Of a stretch of 64,000 nt of DNA, positions 59,333 through 64,000 are shown piece after piece. The DNA comes from Felis catus (lineage: Eukaryota): positions 4,280,001 through 4,344,000 of the forward strand of contig NC_058369.1 of the NCBI RefSeq assembly GCF_018350175.1. Reading direction: 5' to 3'. Position numbers and translations under genes: made by a program. Numbering within the stretch: position 1 is the stretch's first letter; every line of letters begins with the position of its first letter. The notes beneath the pieces are model-generated. The model searched no databases. It had not been told where the DNA came from and saw nothing but the letters and a program-made list of their open reading frames with translations.

Positions 59333-61787
59333 AGAAAGAGGGAGAAATTCAAAGCAAGGAGGTTCAGATGAACCCTGTTGGTGCTGGACTGGAAGTACAC
59401 GTGAGCCTGGGGCTACCCATACACGCGGACAGATACAAAGAAACGTGTGTACGGGTACACACGTGTGTGCACGCAAGTACGGGTACGTGTCCCCGTCTCT
59501 GGGCACCGAGGAGGCCCAGGCGCCGTGACAGTCCAGGGGCGGTGAGCTTGCTGAGACCCAGATTTTGGTTTCCGGAGACCACGCTCCCTCCACTAAGGGC
59601 CCCTCTGAGAAAAACAGACATGATGACGGGCCTGGAGCCTCTCTCGTTAGGACAGAAAGAAAGCACTTAAAAGAATAACGCGTCGTGGCAAAATGACACA
59701 GGAACCCGTGTGATGCGACTCCCGCTGGCCAAATCTGGGATGGTTAAGTTCTGCACTAAGAATGACAGACTGTAACTGGCTGCCTAAAACAGGAATCCAC
59801 GCGCCCACCTTGAGGTACAGGATCACAAAGGACTAAGCGGACAGAAGGGAAAGCCCTCTCCCACAGGAGAGCACCACCTGAACGTACCAGCAACAACGAA
59901 GGCAGAAAATCCCGCCGTGATCGGTCATCAGAGGAATGACTAACCCGAGCAAGGGAACACGAGTGGATGCTGATGCTGGAGGGGAAAAGTGGCGGGGGGG
60001 TGGGCTTCCCCAGGGTCTCAGAGCGTCTCTCTGGAAAAAAGGGGGTGACCTCACAGAGCAGAAACGGACAGAACCCACTGTGACCAAGAGGGCAAAATCA
60101 GCCCCACTGGTAGCAGGGCTGGGGCGCCGGGCAGAACACAGCTTCGCTCCTGTGCTATTCTAGCCCCCAGACGCACCACCTGGGCGGGATCGCCAGGAAT
60201 CCCTGGGCGAACCCAGACAGAAAAACTCCTCCAAAATAATGGGCTTGTCGTCTTCTCGGCCATAAAAGTCAAGGGAAGAATGAGGCAGTATTCCAGATGG
60301 AAAGAGAGAGACGTGGTGCATGATCTCTGGATTTGGTCCCTCTGCTATGAAGGACATCACTGGGGCGACTGGGGAAAATCAAATGCGCAAAGGGATATAG
60401 AAGCGCTTTATAAAATTCTTCCCTAAGTTTAAAATCTGCACCCCCCCCCCCCCCGATTAAAGCTAAAAACCAAAAGAAAGGCAGGCAGGCAAGGTCAGAG
60501 GAGGCCTGCTCTGTGGGACCGATGTGCAAGTCTGATATGACTCCACCCTGCGTCAGGTAGCAGGAAGCGAAGCTGCGTCGGGGCGCCTCGGCAGGCCTGG
60601 GAACCCCCTTTTCTCAGGGTGGCCCTGCTGTCGATGCTGCAGAATGAAGGTTTTGTGGGGGGAAAGAAGAGAGCGAGGCCACCACTCACAGACCTCACGA
60701 GGGGCTGTGAGATTTGTGATGGAAATCGCCGGCTCCACGCGATCTAGACACTCGGCTTCGGGGACTGACAGCCTGGCCCAGAGGAGGCTCACCGCGGCTA
60801 ACGTCGCCCCTACCTTTCACAGCGTTCTTGCTAAGCGAGCACTCCAGGCACTCCCAAGGACGCTTAGAAACCAAACTCCTCTTTAGGACCTGGTGAGAGG
60901 GTCAGCTCCAAACAGTCTGCTTTTCGAACCAAAATGAGTTCAATTGTGTGAAACGGGGCTATCGAATCGATCCCGTAAGTTATAAAAACACTGCCCTCAT
61001 GCCAGAGTAGGACTTCTCTTGCAATGCTTTTGAAGTCGGCAATGAATTTATATAAGGCAGGTTGGGTTACAGAATTCGGGTGGTTGAACTTGCTCATTAA
61101 ATATTTTATGAGGAATTTCAGCCACGTGGGAGAAACGTTCAGGAAATCCTGGAGTTGGGTCTCCAGCGAGAGACCAAAAAAGGAAGGCCCTCTCAGTCTT
61201 CGGGGGGAGGCAAGGTCTTGCCCTCAAGGTTTAAAGCTGTGACCGAGTACGCTCACATATCCCTCTGAACATGTCTAAGTCACACTGATTATTAGTGTGA
61301 GGGTCTGATGCGCAGAAAAGGGGTCTGGAAAATTCCATCGGCCTCGCAGCAGTTACCTTGGGGTGGGGAAGGGAGCGGGGCAGCCAGATTCTTTCACTCT
61401 GTGTATTTCCCGTTTGCCTTAAAAAAACGATATGAGTTATTACTTGTGCAAAAACCTTGTAAACGAGCAGTACGCTGATCTATAGCTGCTTTTTGTTTTT
61501 GCAAGAACAAAAACAAAAAAACCAAAAAAACAACAAGACTTTAAAGACTCCTTGGGACCAGGCCCTCCTTGCAGAGGAAAAAAACTAAGGGCTTGTGAAG
61601 CTTGCCTCACACTGGATTCCAAATCTACGAGCTGAAGATTTGGGAAAACATTTAAGAACTGAAAAAGAATCCGTTTTTCAAATTGCCCATTCCTGTTTAA
61701 GATCTTATTTTACAATATCAACTGCTTTTCATCCCAGGAAAACCCCTAGCGACGGGCAGTAAAACACAAAGGGACACGAGGGCTCAC

Positions 61788-61859
61788 CTGGTTCTGAGTC
61801 AGAATTGCCTGCAGATGGCTCGCAGAAGGTTGATGGCATAAAAACATTGTTTTTTGATA
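61788..61859 (-). CDS. RANBP3: Candidate 72-nt in-frame RANBP3 cassette exon (VSKNNVFMPSTFCEPSAGNSDSEP)
   Basis: Branch-like TACTCAC, long pyrimidine tract, gacag| acceptor, CAG|GTGAGC donor, phase 1/1 matching both neighbours, no stop. Confidence 0.75.
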
Positions 61860-63697
61860 CTGTCGACAAGGAGGTGCGGGCAGGGAAGGGAACAAGAGGA
61901 AAAACAACGTGAGTAGGCGGAGAACACACGAACCGGGTCACCTCTCCCACCTGAAGGGTCGATCTCCAAGCCCCGCTCTAGGAGGCTCAACATTGTGAAC
62001 CAGGCCGTTAGATGCTGTGGTCCACTGTGGCCGCCTGTCTCGTCCTCATGCCCCTGGCTTTTCCTTGGCACCCTGGGCCCCTAAGTGGGCAGCCAGGAGG
62101 GAAGCAGAATGAACTGGATGTTCCCAGCCTCAGTCCCTGCTCCTTGTCACCTGCCAGGGCTCGCTGGCTGGCTGCACCCCTACTCCCCTCACCTGTTTAG
62201 GATCTTACTTTACACTTATGAACTGCTGCCTGGGGTGTGGGCCGGGCAGTAACGCAATGGCCCTCGGAGCTGAAGAACTATCTGGGTGGATGGACACAGC
62301 TACAGAATCAGAGCGCAGGGCACCGACAACGCCTTCCAAGTTACCAGCTCTGCTCGTGTCTCTCCGCCCGCGGTGACTGAGAGCTATTTCCTATGCCACT
62401 GTGCCAGAGCAGAGGGGAGATATTTGGCTGTCCTTTGTCCCCGCAGCCTAGGGCCACAGCACAAACCACTTCTCTGTTGCACCTTTTGCCACAGCGCGTG
62501 GCTCAGCAGTGCACGGTGAACGCCAAGGAATGCGATCCGTTGCCAGGAAGCAGAAGCTCCCTGTCTCACAGGAGCACCGGGCAACGAGGGAGATGAGGAG
62601 GTCTATGGAAGCCTGGACAGGTTCCTCAAGGCCTGCTTATTAGCAAGTGACAGTGCATCCATTCAGGGGCCTGGAGCACTCATGAGAAAGGGTGTGGCAA
62701 AGTCCACAATACGTGTGTTAAGGGCAACAGGGAGGAAATCCAGTGTGTTTCAGGGGAGGATCTTGAAAGGACGCTCGCTTTCTACACTGCACCTTCCTGT
62801 AACGTCTACATTACTCCTGTAAGCACAAATGACCTTCCAGCGTGTGCTTTTTCTCTTAGAGTGACATCATTAAGGTTCACAGTTACACAAACCTCCCAAG
62901 AATGGATGCCAAGATAGGTAACCGGAGATCCTCTCTAAATACATACGCATCTCTGAGTCTGCACTTGGGCGCCAAGACTGAGAACACGGACGACGCCAGG
63001 GGGACCAAGTCAAGATGGGGAGGGGAAGGGGCAAGCCCTGAGGCTATGTTTGCCCTTGAATCTGCAGGGCTGTCCCCAGGCTCAGAGAACCTCTCACCAA
63101 GTAGCCTCGGCATCTCTCTCTACTCTGGGCAACGCCCTCTTTCCTGCATCGGTCTCCATACAAGCCCTCGGGCCCAGCCACTTCCGCAGGGTCCTAGCCT
63201 GGCCCACCCTTCAAGGTCCCACCAAGCCCTCCTCCTTTGGGGGCTCATGGCATTCCATCACCGAAGTGTCTTCCGGGGCCACTTGGTTCGTTATGTACCG
63301 TGTGTGTGTGTCTGGGCTTCTGGACCAGACTGCCAAGCTCTAGGCACATGCCTGAAGGGTCAGGAGGACGCACTACTTTTCGCTTCCTGTGCCTGCAGTC
63401 TACAGACACAGTCACACACCCGAGCAGGAGGACATGTACTTAATGGCCACAGCTCCCAACAGGACTGACCATCCTTTCCCTCTCTTTTAGAGGGACTACT
63501 TCCTGGTGCATTTTCTTTTAGTCGGCTAGGTCACAAGCCTCTGTAAGTGGCACGGGTTCTCGAGTGGGGAGCACTGGAGCCTCATTCCTGGCAGACGCTG
63601 AGCCTCAGATGGATTCTAAGTGGATCTGGGCCGAGCAGGAGACATCAGAGGGGAGCACGGACGCTTTCACCGCTTGGGAACGGTCTGCAACGGTTAC

Positions 63698-63784
63698 CTG
63701 ACTGTGACGGTGGGAACTGGGTTAAAGAGGACGTTCTTTCTCGCTTGACAGGAGGGCAGTAATTTCCATCTTCTCGGTCGGAAT
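63698..63784 (-). CDS. RANBP3: RANBP3 exon with the NLS (PPVKRERTSS)
   Basis: DSDREDGNYCPPVKRERTSSLTQFPPSQS. Confidence 0.96.
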
Positions 63785-63881
63785 CTACAGAAAATGAGGA
63801 GGAGGAGGAAGAGGAGGAGAAAGTCAGGCTGCTTTCGCTTTTACAACCAAAGAGGATGAACCGTTTTAGAGATTTCCTCAC

Positions 63882-63918
63882 CTTCTCCACCTTCGGGGCT
63901 GGAGCCTCCGGCTGGCCT
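63882..63918 (-). CDS. RANBP3: RANBP3 most 5' exon in the window; upstream exons lie beyond the edge
   Basis: RPAGGSSPEGGE; ctcgtttcag| and G|GTGAGG; the 14 exons sum to 1401 nt, in frame to the stop. Confidence 0.9.
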
Positions 63919-64000
63919 CTGAAACGAGAGCACACGGCAGGGCGGTGAGAGAGGGCCAGGTTGCCCCGCACCCTGCAGCGTGGGAGTTCTTCAGTGAGTG

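Noticed and set aside
63785..63881. Poly-Ser-encoding (TCC)n reading into the RANBP3 NLS exon
   Set aside because: It is the pyrimidine tract of a 97-nt intron; retention would frameshift

Overview
GC-rich mammalian genomic DNA from a cat-family carnivore, judged by dense felid-type CAN-SINEs. Gene order matches the human 19p13.3 block: NRTN (+), one FUT3/5/6-type alpha-1,3-fucosyltransferase (-), NDUFA11 (-), VMAC (+), CAPS (+) and the 3' part of RANBP3 (-, 14 constitutive coding exons, N-terminus beyond the right edge). All exon junctions were placed by hand at GT/AG sites and give intact reading frames: NRTN 197 aa, FUT 383 aa, NDUFA11 141 aa, VMAC 169 aa, CAPS 189 aa, and 466 aa of RANBP3. 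I found no wholly new biological system. The best leads are a 72-nt in-frame RANBP3 cassette exon; a Kozak-flanked out-of-frame ORF that stays open across the NRTN splice junction; a stop-free in-frame CAPS intron; overlapping CAPS/RANBP3 3' ends; a single Lewis-type FUT with a candidate upstream exon and no canonical poly(A) signal; and repeated SINE insertion at the same target sites. Repeat family names and comparisons with human proteins come from my recollection, not a database search. Repeat boundaries are approximate.
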